From Mizuhopecten yessoensis (Eukaryota), in assembly GCF_002113885.1 (NCBI RefSeq), contig NW_018404492.1:1560727-1624726 (forward strand): 64,000 nt of DNA. Reading direction: 5' to 3'. The notes beneath the pieces were generated by a model. It did not search any database, was not told the DNA's origin, and was given only the letters and a program-made list of their open reading frames with translations. Of this stretch, positions 13,130-26,874 are shown in pieces. The stretch's first letter is position 1; each line of letters starts with the position of its first letter. The translations under genes were made by a program, and so were the position numbers.

Positions 13130-14026
13130 ATCCTAAACATGTACCGGGTGACTTTATACAACCCCTCCCTTCATATGTATCTGGGAACTTGATACAACCC
13201 ACTCCCTACACGTGTATCTGCGAACTTAATACAACCCCTCCCTACACGTGTATCTCGGAACTTGATACAACCCCCTCCCTACACGTGTATCTGGGAACTT
13301 GATACAACCCACTCCCTACACGTGTATTTGGGAACTTGATACAACCCACTCCCTACACGTGTATCTCTGAACTTGATACAACCCCCTCCCTACACGTGTA
13401 TCTAGGAAGTTGATACAACCCACTCCCTACACGTATATCTGGGAACTTGATACAACCCACTCCCTACACGTGTATCTGCGAACTTAATACAACCCCTCCC
13501 TACACGTGTATCTCGGAACTTGATACAACCCCCTCCCTACACGTGTATCTGGGAACTTGATACAACCCACTCCCTACACGTGTATCTGGGAACTTGATAC
13601 AACCCCTCTCTAAACGTGTATCTCGGAACTTGATACGACCCCCTCCCTACACGTGTATCTCGGAACTTGATACAACCCACTCCCTACACGTTTATACCGG
13701 AACTTAATACAACCCAATTCCTACACGTGTATCTGGGAACTTGATACAACCCCCTCCCTCCACGTGTATCTGGGAACTTGATACAACCCCTCCCTACACG
13801 TGTATCTCGGAACTTGATACAACCCACTCCCTACACGTTTATACCGGAACTTAATACAACCCAATCCCTACACGTGTATCTGGGAACTTGATACAACCCC
13901 CTCCTTACACGTGTATCTGGGAACTTGATACAACCCCTCCCTACACTTGTATCTGGGAACTTGATACAACCCCTCTCTACACGTGTATCTGGGAACTATA
14001 TACAACCCCCTCCCTACACGTGTATC
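13130..14026. repeat. 36-37-bp minisatellite, ~24 copies
   Basis: Unit TACACGTGTATCTGGGAACTTGATACAACCC(A/C)CTCCC; starts at 13207, 13243 and 13280. Confidence 0.97.
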
Positions 14027-17000
14027 AGATATATGAAAGAATGATGATTGCCGAGAGTGAGCCGAAATGCAGACCTAGTACAACATATGTTCTAGGGTTT
14101 TACAGAAACCTCCAAATGATTTATCGAAAGAGAAAATACAGTAACCATTTTCCGATTCAATTTGTAAGAAAACTCCAACAATACGGCAAAATAAATGGTT
14201 TCAATTTCACATTCATAAAAGGGGTGAATGTATACGAATTCCCATCGATGAAACTTGGTGGGTTTTTTTAATACGTCTTAAAATTCACTCGTTTGAATAA
14301 AAACTTGTATGGGTATCTCGGTGTGCGGTGATATATGTCAGCCTTCTGTACTCGAGAGGGTCGTTAAGCCGATATTTCCACTTCAGGTAATCTACTCATC
14401 CTCCAGGAACGAATTACACCAGTTTAACCTTCACACAGAAAACACAGCGTTCATCTACCAGAACCGTCGTAACGGTCAACCTTCAAAGTCTTCCCAACTG
14501 ATGTATGCATTCATAAAACAACTATTTTTATTCCGTTAAACGGATAAATTTTCGGAACTTAATCCTAATGGCCACCCTTCATGTTACACGTATATATAGA
14601 TAATATGCACGTGTGTGTGGTACCGACACAGCGCGCTACATGCTCCAAAGTATGTTTTCACCGGAAAGCATAATTGTTGTATATTATATACAATAAACAA
14701 CGCGTGTGACTTGTTGAAGACGAGTGCGATTAAAGTTCACACGAATTTCTTTTCAAAGGGCCGTGCGTGTTAACAAATCATCCATTTCTCGACATTAACG
14801 CCATCGTCCGTGTTGAAGCTTCATATCAGACCGTTGATCATTAGAGATAAAGAACATTTTGAAACGTCATAAACGTCTGCTTACACTTACAACAGGAATA
14901 CGTCCCTCTACGTTAAGAAAAGTATATATCAGGTAGAGTTGAGATTATGTGAAATATTTCATCAACTCTGTTACAGAAATGTTACGACAGACCTATACGA
15001 GCTGATAACTTTGCGTTATCATAAAGAATATGTTTTGATCTTTTCTTGCTTCCGTTTAATCGCCCAGAAGGATCGGCGTCGTATTCATATCATAAAATTA
15101 TATAATACATTTGGCTTCGTAAAACTCGTCATTGGGGCCTTATATGTAAGCTATAGCTATTAAGCATCGTTTCCTGGTGCCTTTGTAGATACGTACTTAA
15201 ACCGTCAATATAGATCACGGACCCGCTGGTGCTTATTGACAAAGCATTTTCAAAGATAATGTCGACGACAGACCGATATGAAAAAAGTCGATAAGACGTC
15301 AGAATAATTCGGACTAATGTACAAGATGCGTGGGGACGCAATCACAACTACACGAAAACGATGCTGGTCTTCGAGCTCGAGTCATTCAGTTAAAATGAGA
15401 CCAAGCTCACCATATCACGTTAGCTGGATGTTCGACTTACACGGATCCGCTTAAAACACCTCTGTATTAAACGATATACTACCTTACATCGGTTCTACTG
15501 CAATGTCACCCGTCTCCCTAGCCTTCACATTGTAAAGTACAGGAACGCCTACCACCATAGACTGACTACAGTGTCCTACCCGTGTGGATCACAGACGGGC
15601 TTCTCCTTCATTATGGCATTACGACAGCACACATGGTCAGTTACTGATTGAGTTAGGAATTATTTGTTTAAATTGTATGACTGACCACTACTTGTCCACG
15701 TAGCCAGCAGCCCCAGACCAGACACCCTTATTGCTGGTCCGAGGGAAGCGTTAACTCACGAACATGAAATTGTTCTGACCGGAAGTTACGTAAATCGTTC
15801 CGTGATCGCTATAGTTGTGTGGGATGAAAACCATTAACAACGTTAACAGGCTGAAGTTCTAACCTTCGTAAAGGTTCTTTGTGCAAGCTGAACTCATTAT
15901 GTGTACGATAAGACGAGAGGCTTGATAAAGTGGTATCGTGGTCACCTTCTCTCCGTCATTTTGGCGACAATATGTGTGTTTGTACTGAATCTGTTTGTTC
16001 TGTTTGTCCGGCTATGATAACGTCTGTGGATTTTCTGTTTGTCTGGCTATATAATACATGTGTCAGGATCAGCACTGTGTTGCGATACTTTACAGCATTG
16101 TAAACGCTATGATCCCTTACATATTACGGTATTCGAAATAAACGTCATCAGCACGTGCAAAATGACATCAAACACATAACACAAGTTTAGCCCTGTTTCC
16201 GCAGTTTAATAAAAACAAAATGTGCTTACTATAATATTTAAAAAAAAACACCTACACAAGAAATTATATTGGCAAGGTGAGACAGAGTTATGTAATTACT
16301 TGACGTCATTGAGCGTACATATTTAATTACGAGAGCTTATCGGCTTTTCGTGGTGTTTTTATTGCTCTGCTGAGGAACATAGAGTTTGTAAACTACATTA
16401 CTGAAATGCTTTCCTCTTGCACACAACGAACATCAAATCTTCAACTTTTTATCGAAGTGACAGATTCAATCCCTCCGTTAATGTTGTTCGCACAACATCA
16501 ATGACCTTGACATGTGTGTACCAGTTGACCTCTGGTTAAGTACACGTATACAGATGCCATTCACTAAGGCCATCAGGAAACGATTTGCACAAGTAAAAAG
16601 TGGTATTACATTAACCAGTGAAATACATAGAAAATATTTCTGTTTATTGATGAATAGTAGTTATATATTTGACGAGCGAAGTGATTTATATATATTTTTT
16701 TGAACAGTGCGTGGCATTAAAATGTGAAAACGATTCAACCCACGAATTGTAGAACGAATTCGGAAACAGTCACAGTAATCATGTCCATGTCCTTTTCCAC
16801 TTTATTGCAAGGCGAGATGCATTTTCTCGCCACTTTATCTATATATCGTTCACTGTCGGATGACCTCTTTGGTAAAAAAAAAAAAAAAAAGATGGGTAAA
16901 TGATACATGGGGCCCCATATCAGCTTTCAACGATGTCCCTTTGCGACAGTATATACCATATCTTTATGTTGTCATTGGTGACTGTTCATAAAACCATATA

Positions 17001-17599
17001 CCATTGTTTTGATGCATGTTCATTACATCAAGGTTCTTTGTTTTTGTCTATGTCCATGGCCCCCTATTCCACTGGTTTAAGATGTGTTTTGGTGCACAGC
17101 AGGTACATCGTAAAACACGTTTTACGTCTGGCTATTCGAATGGGTTCCAATTACAGTGTATGTAAGAAATCAACGCGGAAGTCAGGCCAGACCTCAACAG
17201 ATGTGTCGGTGTATTCTGTGTTGTAATTGTAGATTTCGGAGGAACACGTGTTTGGGTGGCATGGGGAGGCTGAGCAATAAACATCGACACGTGTTTTGTC
17301 TGTCTGATCACCAGTCAGATGGAACCGACACGCTCTGTTAACACTCCAAAAAGCAAGGCTCTTCCCGAACTAGATACGCGACAATGATAAAAACTACAAA
17401 TAGTAACGATGTCATTAGGTAAGGGTTTGGTACCAAGGTCTATAGTGAATAAAGCAATTCCTTTAAAGAAGACGTATTACATGTAGCTCATGTTTTCGAA
17501 ACAAGATAGATTTACGTTGACATTGCAAGTTTGTTTTCCTATGCAAAAGTATGCAGTTTCTGTTTTTACTGTTACAGCAGTGGAACATTTTGAGCTTTG

Positions 17600-17976
17600 G
17601 AAACCGTATAACCAAGCACTGACTCTCTGGGTGAAACCGTATAACCAAGCACTGACTCTCTGGGCGAAAACGTATTACCAAGCACTGACTCTCTGGGTGA
17701 AACCGTATAACCAAGCACTGACTCTCTGGGTGAAACCGTATAGCCAAGCACTGACTATCTGGGTGAAACCGTTTAACCAAGCACTGACTCTCTGGGTGAA
17801 ACCGTATAACCAAGCACTGACTCTCTGGGCGAAACCGTATAACCAAGCACTGACTCTCTGGGCGAAACCGTATAACCAAGCACTGACTCTCTGGGTGAAA
17901 CCGTATAACCAAGCACTGACTCTCTGGGACTCTCTGGGTGAAACCGTATAACCAAGCACTGACTCTCTGGGTGAAA
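17600..17976. repeat. 33-bp minisatellite, ~11 copies
   Basis: Unit GAAACCGTATAACCAAGCACTGACTCTCTGGG(T/C), with a short internal GACTCTCTGG duplication near 17918-17937. Confidence 0.97.
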
Positions 17977-19612
17977 GGATTGCGGTCAGAGACCCATTGT
18001 TAAACTTTCACACATATAGAAGATAATGTTTCAGCCCTTGCCATGGGTCCATATTAAAGCGCCATTTAAAAAATAACACGACAGTCAATTGATGAACCAG
18101 CAATTTCATAAACAGTTGTTTGACCGTGTAATTCAGACAGTTTCAAATATAAACAGAATTAACAGAAATGTCTACGGTTCCATTTTGTCAAGTTACGAAA
18201 GATTGTAAAAAGAAATGACACATATGTTCATGTTTCTGGTGGCGGCAGAGAGAAGCCTCATAAGGACGAGCTCTCGATTGACAAAGCTTTTAGCTAGAGT
18301 TGATTTGTTTCTCTAACTCTGATAACATATTTCTATCTATAGCATGTCAAGCACGTATTGCGCGTGTCGAGGTGTGTGACTCTGGCGCGTCCAGTCAGCA
18401 CATATCAACCCACCACGCGACACAGATACCACTTGCCATAACAATAATATTACAGAAAAATGCAGCATAAGTTTGAGGGATGTGAAATTTGTCATTATTT
18501 AGTTTTCTTGGTAAATTCCTTAGAACTTTCAAAAGTACAAAACTGTATTTAAAAAAAAAAAATGCTTTATGGGTTTAGTGCGTTTCATAACCATTATAAA
18601 ACAGTTAAATTTATATTTCTGCAATATAAACAAACAAATGTTCTCAATGCAAACTCCTCTTGAATGTTACATGTACCAAACCCTAAATTAGATCAATTTA
18701 CTTTGTCCACCAACGTTCACCATACATCTGAGAAGCTTTAAAAAAAACATTACTTTTTTATGAAGGAAACCTTCGGGCTCTCAAACAACCAGAAAAAAGA
18801 AAAAAAAATCGAAGCAGAAACTGAACATTTCGAAAATACTGGGCATAGATGTTTTAAATGATAGTGAATTCAAGGTAAAATCAAATCTTAGGTATTTATC
18901 TTTCAATTTGAAATTTTCCGTTCGCTACCAGTACTTTTCGCACATGCCCTGTCCAAGTGAAGAACAAAATAGCAATATAACATCATATATAAATACATTC
19001 GTATAAATTGACATTACTTTCGCTCAGCACTGATAATAAACCGCCTGGATATAAAGCCCTCGTATATTTCTACAGACCGTGATTTTCAAAGTACAGTTTT
19101 ATTGTTCGTGTGCTCAATTCCCACCCACAGTATTCCGACTCATATGGCCTCGTTTCCGGATCACCGGAAATTGATATGCTCTTGTGTTATTGCTGTACCT
19201 TGTAGACTTCAGAATCAGTGTGTTCCAGACCGTCGATCAGACTTACAATGATGAGGTTCAGCACACCTGTTCTCACCTGTTTACCTGCCTTCACCCGATA
19301 TTGTGCACGCTTGAGTGAGGGGGAAAAAATCTATATTCTTTATTTATTCATCAAAACACTAGTTTTGCTTCCGGCTTATTTCTGGTCGTCCGCATGGTCG
19401 AAATGGCATAATTCCTTATGATTAAAGACAAAGACCTAAACGTAAAGTACGCTATTTCTGGTTTTGTAATCATTGGTTACTATTTTCTACGTAAAACCGG
19501 AACGTGATGATGGATTTACAGTATTTACATCAGTCGTCACCTTAAGTCTGCCGGGATCACTTTACGGCTTTATACATTTTGTATGTAGGCTCCGCTAGGC
19601 TGTGTATAATGT

Positions 19613-20133
19613 ACCCGATAAACCGACTGTTTGATCTTATCAAGACTCAACTACCCGATAAACCGACTGTTTGATCATATCGTAGCTCAACTACCCGATA
19701 AACCGATTGTTTGATCTTATTATGACTCAACTAACCGATAAACCGACTGTATGAAATTACCAAGACTCAACCCTGATAAACCGACTGTTTGATCTTATCA
19801 TGGCTCAACTACCCGATAAACCGACTGTCTTATCTTATCAAGGCTCAACTACCCGATGAGCCGAATGTTTAATCTTACCAAGACTCAACTACCCGATAAA
19901 CCGACTGTTTGATCTTATCGTGGCTCAACTAGCCGATAAACCGGCTGTTTGATCTTAGTATGTCTCAATATCCCGATAAACCGACTAAGACTCAACTACC
20001 TGATAAACCGACTGTTTGGTCTTATCATGGCTCAAATATACACGATAAACCGACTGTTTGATCTTATCATGGCTCAAATATACACGATAAACCGACTGTT
20101 TGATCTTACCAAAGTTTAATTACTCGATAGACC
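19613..20133. repeat. 40-bp minisatellite, ~13 diverged copies
   Basis: Unit ACCCGATAAACCGACTGTTTGATCTTATCAAGACTCAACT; CCGATAAACCGACTG is the conserved core. Confidence 0.95.
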
Positions 20134-20959
20134 GTGACAGGACGTTGCCGAATTCAGCTAATTAAAAACATGTTGTTTTGCCCGTTTGTTTGATTATCGT
20201 TTGTTAAGTTATATGATGAGTATCAGCATTTAGTCATTAATTAACTAATTAATTATTTATATGGTATCTTTTATACAAATGATATGATCCATTTAGAAAA
20301 CGCGAAAAAAATAAAATTCATTTAAGAATATTTGCATAAGAATATTGAATGATTCTGCAGGCATGGTTTGCTCTGTTCGAGCGGTTCACGCACATTTACG
20401 ATGTAACGAAGAGGCCTATGTCGATCATTAAAAGACTACAGTACTTTTAAAAGTGATTACTTCCTGTTTAATTTTTTAAATGAAAGCTGATTATACATTT
20501 TTTTAAGTAGAAAAATACTTTTCAAACTAGCCACCCCAACCTCAGTTGATAGAAGGCTGAACACGAAACCAATTAAACGACAAAACCGGAAGGTGTGGTA
20601 CTTTAGAAAACGCTCAACGTCAATTTCATGAAAATCGGAGGCTTTACCTCGAAAGTGAGGTTTCATGATGTTGTCTGTTTAATGTGAAACTTATAGAAAA
20701 CCTTTAAGACTGTGCAACTCACAAACTGGTCGGTAGGCTGCGTGTGCGTGTGAGTCGGAAACGTTCATATGCGTTGTTCGTCACGAATCTGTACACAGAA
20801 TACGTGGTTCTATGCAAGACTTTAATGTTCTACATATGTTTTATCAAATATTCTCAGATAATAATAACTTAAACCTGACATTGACGCTATAATGATTCGT
20901 CTTAACAGATAAGTAAAATTATACCTTCTGCGACGTGCCTTCTGATACCTCCACTGGTT

Positions 20960-21380
20960 TTCAGTTATACTCCCTTATGATGCTTAACCTTTTGTTGTCT
21001 CCCTTGAAATACCTCCCCCAGTAACAACTTTGCGTTATCACCACTAGTTTCATCTTTCGACGTGTTTTACCTCCCCTATTGTTACTTTACTTTGCCATAC
21101 TTTTAACTCCCCTTCCGTTAATTCACTCGGTTTCATCTCCACTCTTTTTTACTTCCCCTGTGTTACTTCACTTATATTGTTACCTTCCCTTCTTTTAACT
21201 CCCCTTGCATGTATGGACACTGTGTTACCTCCCCTCGTTTTTACCCCCTGGTGTTCCTCACTTATATTGTTACCGCCCCTTATTTTAACTCCCCTTGAGT
21301 TACTTTACTTTGTGGTATCGTTCCTTGTATTTCCTCCCCTTGTGTAACCTCTCCTCTTTGACCTTTGATTCCCCCTGGTA
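20960..21380. repeat. Degenerate pyrimidine-rich array anchored on TTACCTCCCCT/TTAACTCCCC
   Basis: More than ten recurrences of the anchor. A ~47-bp block (CACTTATATTGTTACC..CCCTT.TTTTAACTCCCCTTG) is duplicated at ~21160 and ~21251. Confidence 0.7.
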
Positions 21381-23022
21381 TTTGTACAGGTTTATAGGTA
21401 CATCGTGTACCTCGTTAATCACTGCGAACATCAACATCTACACTAACATCAATAACTCATTAAATGACACATCTTAGACTACCAAGGAAATCAATGACAA
21501 TGATACTAGATCAGGCCCAAACCTAGTGTTGGGGTAAGCTTAAAGTCGGCATATATCCACCAGTATTAAAATAAGAATTCAATATTAAAACTCCATTCCT
21601 TACGAAATAATCTATTCTCAGAAACACGAACTTTGAATAATTCAGAAACTCGCCTTCACAAGGTCATCTTCCATTTTGTAACATTAGGTGAACATCTCAT
21701 GTGTATCATTCTCCTGATAAGACCGCACGCTCAAACGATATAAATATAAACCCGGGGCTCGAAATAATCCAAAGCATTCCTTATTTATTACCTTGCTAAA
21801 TGACTAACAATATTTTCATGGACAACCATCGTTATTAGCCTTTTTTCTCGATGCGTTCATAAACCAGTTCACCTTTTATTGTGTTTATTTTCAAATTCAG
21901 ATACGTATATTAATTTTAAAAACACTCACTTACTGTATTATCGAAACAATGTGATAAATTGAAATAGCTTGTGCCCAATCCCTCGTTCACTTTAATAGGG
22001 TAATAAAATCAGTTAAAAGTAAAAAATCGAAACAGTGACATTAAATAATAGTGAAAATAATTCTTAACTCATCAATGAAAAGTAATTGTGATCGTAAATA
22101 CTGCCCATGTACACTGTATCAGCGCGTGATATGTCACATAGAACGTGCAAACACGCTACCGGGTGAGAGGTTAAAGCATAATAATGAAAAAAATAACAAC
22201 TTACCTGAAAAGCAGACGATTAACATCTTCAAAGATACTGGAATCATTTTCAAATCACAAATATCCAAAATATCGTGAATGTACGTGCAGAAATCGGCAA
22301 GATTATAACGGCGTTGTCATATCCTTTTTGTAGACATACACACCAATGATACCGATTTAAAGGTAATAATCAATCAATATTAACAAATAACCAAGGTGTG
22401 AGTTCTTTGTTGACCAGGTATGTTATCCGGTCAGGACTTCATAAGCAGTGTATTCCCTACCACTCTTCACACCAACAGTGTTAATAGTTTGATCAAATGT
22501 GCCTGTCACGTATAAAAGTAAAATCACTGATGTAGGTTGTTTGACATGGTTTGGAAAAAACCTCACAAATGAACAGAAAATGTAGCTTTTGAAATGTTGC
22601 CTCAATTGCTTCAGCAGATGTGAGTTTGGGGTCAGTGATGCTCCCCACCCCTTAAGTGGCACTCCACCCTCATGACGACGTGATTGACAGGCTGAGCGCG
22701 TGCCGCAGATCTTCCCGCCAGTCAGCGCACGTGTGAGATAATATGTTCTAATGCCACGGCTTATTGATACACGCCGGGAACAGAGGGCGCACCGACTGCT
22801 GTCAGAGCCTGAAACATAGAGAGAAATCAACAGGTAGGAAAGGCTCTCTTTAGCCAAGGTGCATGGTGTCCTTGGTCCAAAGCAAGTACTTGTTGGAGCT
22901 ATAACTCAAACTTGTTAATAAACTGGCGATATCGCATTATCTTCGAGCGTTATACACCGATGTGTCCAATTGTCTTCGAATTGGCTAAGATGATATCCTA
23001 AAACAATAATACTTGTTATTTC

Positions 23023-23558
23023 TGACCTATTGCAATCACCTTTTGTCTGTCGTCGTGCGTCGTCTGTCGTGCGTCCGTAAACAATTTACATTTTCGACTT
23101 CAGAACCAATGCACAGATTTTGACCAAATTTGGTCTGAAGTATCTTTGGGGGATGAGGGTTCAAGTGTGTTCAAGGGAAATTGCTGGACGACCTTGGGGC
23201 TGAGGGGCGGGGCCCAAAATGGGAAATTTGACTAAATCTTTAAAAATCTTCTTCTTAAGACTGAGAATGGCAGCAGGATTTATATTTCACTTTTGAGCAA
23301 GCCCTAGGGGTGAAGATTCAAGTTTGTACAAATGAAATATTGAGCTACAAATACCTTCTTCTGCCAAAAGGAAATAGCCACAGCTTAGATATTTTACTTT
23401 TAGCATACACTAATGGTGAGGATATAAGTTTGTACAAATCAGACCCCTGGGGTCAGAATTTTGGCCAAGCCAAAAGGCCAACGTCATACATAGGCTGTCA
23501 TGGATATTGAGCTACAAAAATCTTCTTCTGCCAAAAGGAAATAGCCACAGCTTTGATA
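23023..23558 (+). mobile_element. Helentron-type non-autonomous element (HINE-like), 5' part with (CGT/CGTC)n microsatellite and ~167-bp core repeats
   Basis: TGACCTATTGCAATCAC, then GTCGTCGTGCGTCGTCTGTCGTGCGTCCGTAAAC. Block ATATTGAGCTACAAA..CTTCTTCTGCCAAAAGGAAATAGCCACAGCTT at 23337 and 23504 (period 167). Confidence 0.7.
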
Positions 23559-23781
23559 TTTTTAGGTCACCTGGGACGGTTTACATATTTGTCTTCTTCT
23601 CAATAACCAAGAGGCTCAGAGTCATGATACTGGGCCAGTAGCATGCTGAGGTGAAGTGCTGCCAAGTCACATGTGTTACATGTGTTAAATCTTAAATTAA
23701 AAACAAAACAAAACATCATGATTCATCTAACAGTATACATATCATACATCAGGTGACCGATAAGGCCCATGGGCCTCTTGT
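23559..23781 (+). mobile_element. Short HINE-like element with both termini
   Basis: 5' TTTTTAGGTCACCTG (23559-23573) is inverted against 3' CAGGTGACC (23750-23758). This is followed by the 14-bp palindrome AGGCCCATGGGCCT (23763-23776) and CTTGT, the subterminal-IR plus hairpin layout of Helentron HINEs. Confidence 0.75.
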
Positions 23782-24140
23782 ATAATATTCTATACTAGTG
23801 ACTTCCCAAAAATCATAACAGGAGAGACATGTCGGTAAAATCGCATAATGTTCACATGATAACGTTTATTGTTCATATGAACAGTCTGCAATGAAGCATC
23901 ATTAAGCGTCGATTTGCTAACGTCTACTGTTCGTTTCATGGTTTTGTGATAGATAGGTGTTGGAGTGTCGATACAATCACAATAAACAACCGTTTTTTGT
24001 TAATATGGGAATGTTCGCTAAACTTATCAAAAAGAAACAGTTTTACACTTACCGACCTCTCACGGCCTAAGATACACTGTTATGAATACCAATAAGTCGA
24101 GTTGGGAAATAGGTGTCCCATACTCTAAAATGATAAATTA

Positions 24141-25935
24141 TTATTAGCTCACCTGCGCTGATGCATTAGCGCGGCCTCCATCGGTCAGCAGTGTGACCGT
24201 CCGCTGGCCAATTTTCCCTTTATACATGTACCGTAACAATGAACTGATGGTCAGTTTTCAGCCATAATCGTTAGGCAACATCAGATAACTAAGCATTGTA
24301 TAAACGAAGAGACCTGATGTCAAGGACCCAAAACGTGACGTTTGGGTGTTCAACAGTTAAAATCCTTCCTTAGTACAAATGTACGAGATCGACTTTACCT
24401 ATATTCGGATTATGATATCACAAGAACAAGAGGAATGGCATTTAGAGTTAATTATGGTAATTGTCCCTAGGATGCAGAAATGACGGGATAAATAGGGAGC
24501 AATTCGGACGATTTTACATTTTAAAAGCTGGACGAGGTCATAATCAATGATTTTGGGAACATAAGATCAACAAGGGAAAATAATACATTTGATATAAATG
24601 TTTTAATACCATGTGTCCTTATGGGGCTGAAGAACCGGGCTCTTAAAGGATAAATATTTGGATGATAAATACAGATAATTGTTAATATTTCAGTATATCA
24701 CTAACAAGACTACAGAACATGTTAATGTATGAATAAGTGGCTTGGCCATTTACACATGTCAGTTTTAAGGATTTAATTGAACTGTCTCCTCATTACAAGG
24801 TAAACATGATGAGAAAAACGTGACATTTGCATTCCAAGTTTTATAGTCAATGACTCACGGATACCAAAACATGTTAAGGATGTACACCTCTGAGAAGTCA
24901 AAATATTCCTGTATTAAACTTTTTTTCTTATCTTGATTTTTGGAAAAAGGAGTTAATGGCATAGTAGAAAATGCAAAAATGTCCGTGTGCTCGTTTTTGT
25001 GCTATGATCGGCCAAAGATACCAATTTAACACAATATGTGATTTTAGGTGAATTTTCGGGTTTTGAACATTTGCAGAACAAATTCATACAATTTCTCCAA
25101 GTGTGTTATCAGATATGTATGAATGTTTGTAGAATTGATAAAAATATTATTTTCATTTTACTCAGAAATGCGATTTTAGTTACCCCTACCCCTTATTTTT
25201 TAATGAAAAAATGCACATTTTTCACCTTTTTTTGCAGATTAAACGCTTGATATAAAAAAAAATCCTGTATCAAACTTTTTTTAGTATTCAATGAATCAAA
25301 AGAAAATGTGTTTCTCTTTCTAAAACAGCCACAAAAATGGGGAGTCGGTGTGCTTCTTTTTTTGTCCCATTACTATTTGTGTTATTTTTCACCTTTTTCG
25401 AGGTCAAAAATCAAAAGTGCTTCAGTTACCCTAATATGTAAAAAATTATATCAATAATATATAACTTTACACTTTTTTGCATATTATTTTAACCATAATT
25501 AACATTATAAAAATGTACAGCAAAATTGAACCTGCTACAGTTAAAAATGGTGACACAATGACAATTTAAGTGATCAATCTAGTGTCAAAAAAGGTGAAAT
25601 TTTGGCCCTTGTTGAAGGCCAGAATTCACATAAATACACTTTTTCAAAATGGCCGCCAACAGACATCTAGTTTTTTTTACATGTTTTTCAGATGTGTGTT
25701 TGCTATTATACCTATCTTAATTTGTTAAATATTACAAAAACACGTTACACCAGATCAAAACGAGACTTGAACGTGACTGAAACCTCAGAAGAGTACATCC
25801 TTAAGTTAACCTTCCCATTAAACTGTTAATATTCTGGTCCAACAATATAAGATACAGTAAATCAGAATGTCTAATTATCCCCAAAGTGCCCATTTTGCTT
25901 TAGTTCAAGGTCGTACAGGTGAAAACATAATGCTT
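24141..25935 (+). mobile_element. Old HINE-like element interrupted by a nested DNA transposon
   Basis: 5' TTATTAGCTCACCTG at 24141 and candidate inverted partner CAGGTGA at 25916-25922. The interior is degenerate and the 3' hairpin is not preserved. Confidence 0.45.
24878..25800. mobile_element. 923-bp non-autonomous DNA transposon with TTAA TSD (Kolobok-like)
   Basis: TTAA|GGATGTACACCTCTGAG ... CTCAGAAGAGTACATCC|TTAA. The 17-bp TIRs match 15/17. TTAA at 24874-24877 and 25801-25804. GG...CC termini fit Kolobok rather than piggyBac (CC...GG). No ORF. Confidence 0.85.
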
Positions 25936-26320
25936 ACATAATGACATTCAGCATTGATTGCAGCATCTTAACCTATGGTCATCAATCGTTTGCAGTAGCG
26001 ACGCCTACAGTTCACTTATTGGCATTAAACGTTGAGGATTCGACACTAATTTTTCATACAACGACAATAAAAATGGATCATGAGAGATATCTGTACCACA
26101 CTGTATCAAAATCAGTTGCAGTATAAGGATTTACTGTTCCCAAAGTGTGACATAATGGCAATATGAGTTTGAGTTCAATATTTTTGACGTTCTTTTCTAC
26201 GCATTTTTCTTCCAATCCGATGCATCTTCGTCATTGTTCTCGCATGACCGTCTCCATTAAAACAAAACCTGTGTTGTGATATCACTTTTGATGATCCTTC
26301 CTCACTGCAAGGATTTCATT

Positions 26321-26404
26321 CACCTGTATAAAAAGACCACCTGCGTTAAGAGACCGCATTTTGGACTTCAACGGGTTGTATCTTATTAAAAAGGTTTGAC
26401 TGTA
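26321..26404. mobile_element. One end of a Tc1/mariner-pogo-type MITE
   Basis: Repeated CACCTG...AAGAC(C) subterminal motifs ending in AGGTTTGACTG|TA (CAGTC terminus with TA). The other end was not found. Confidence 0.4.
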
Positions 26405-26874
26405 TAACGGAATCGCGATCAGTAATTTGCAGATGTTTAAATTGGCAGAAGCGAAAAGTCATTATATTTTTATTTTAGATTCATTAAATGTTGTATTCAG
26501 GTGGGCGTTGTCGGACCATGGAGCAAATCCAAGAAGCATGGGTTTGTCGTTCTTGTTTAAAGTTGGGGAAACCTTGTGCTGCGAATTTATGTTCCATTAC
26601 TAGTTTCCGGTTGCAGGCCGGATCCCGGGGCCATCTGTTAGAACGTATTTGACTTTTCGTAGATGACCGTAGTGTTTGTAAAATTGTTTATTTGTAACCT
26701 AGTAAGTTAAATATCTCATAGCGATTATTGTTGTTAATGCAACACTAACAACGCTTATTATCTGTTTTCCTCATATGAACATTAGTTTTAACGCTAAGAA
26801 ATCAAAATCGTATGTGAAAATGGACATTGACCGTTACCTTAACATGACATGGTCTTAGCAATACCTTAAGCATG

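Noticed and set aside
17463-17959. 11-aa repeat ORFs (KPYNQALTLWV / VIRFHPESQCL)
   Set aside because: The 33-bp unit is open in several frames on both strands, a 10-bp duplication breaks the frame, and there is no recognisable domain.
19613-20133. CRISPR-like appearance of the regular 28-46-bp arrays (this one and others)
   Set aside because: Units are head-to-tail with no unique spacers, there are no cas genes, and the context is eukaryotic.
22423-22857. 144-aa minus-strand ORF
   Set aside because: Non-ATG start and no domain similarity; explained by locally higher GC.
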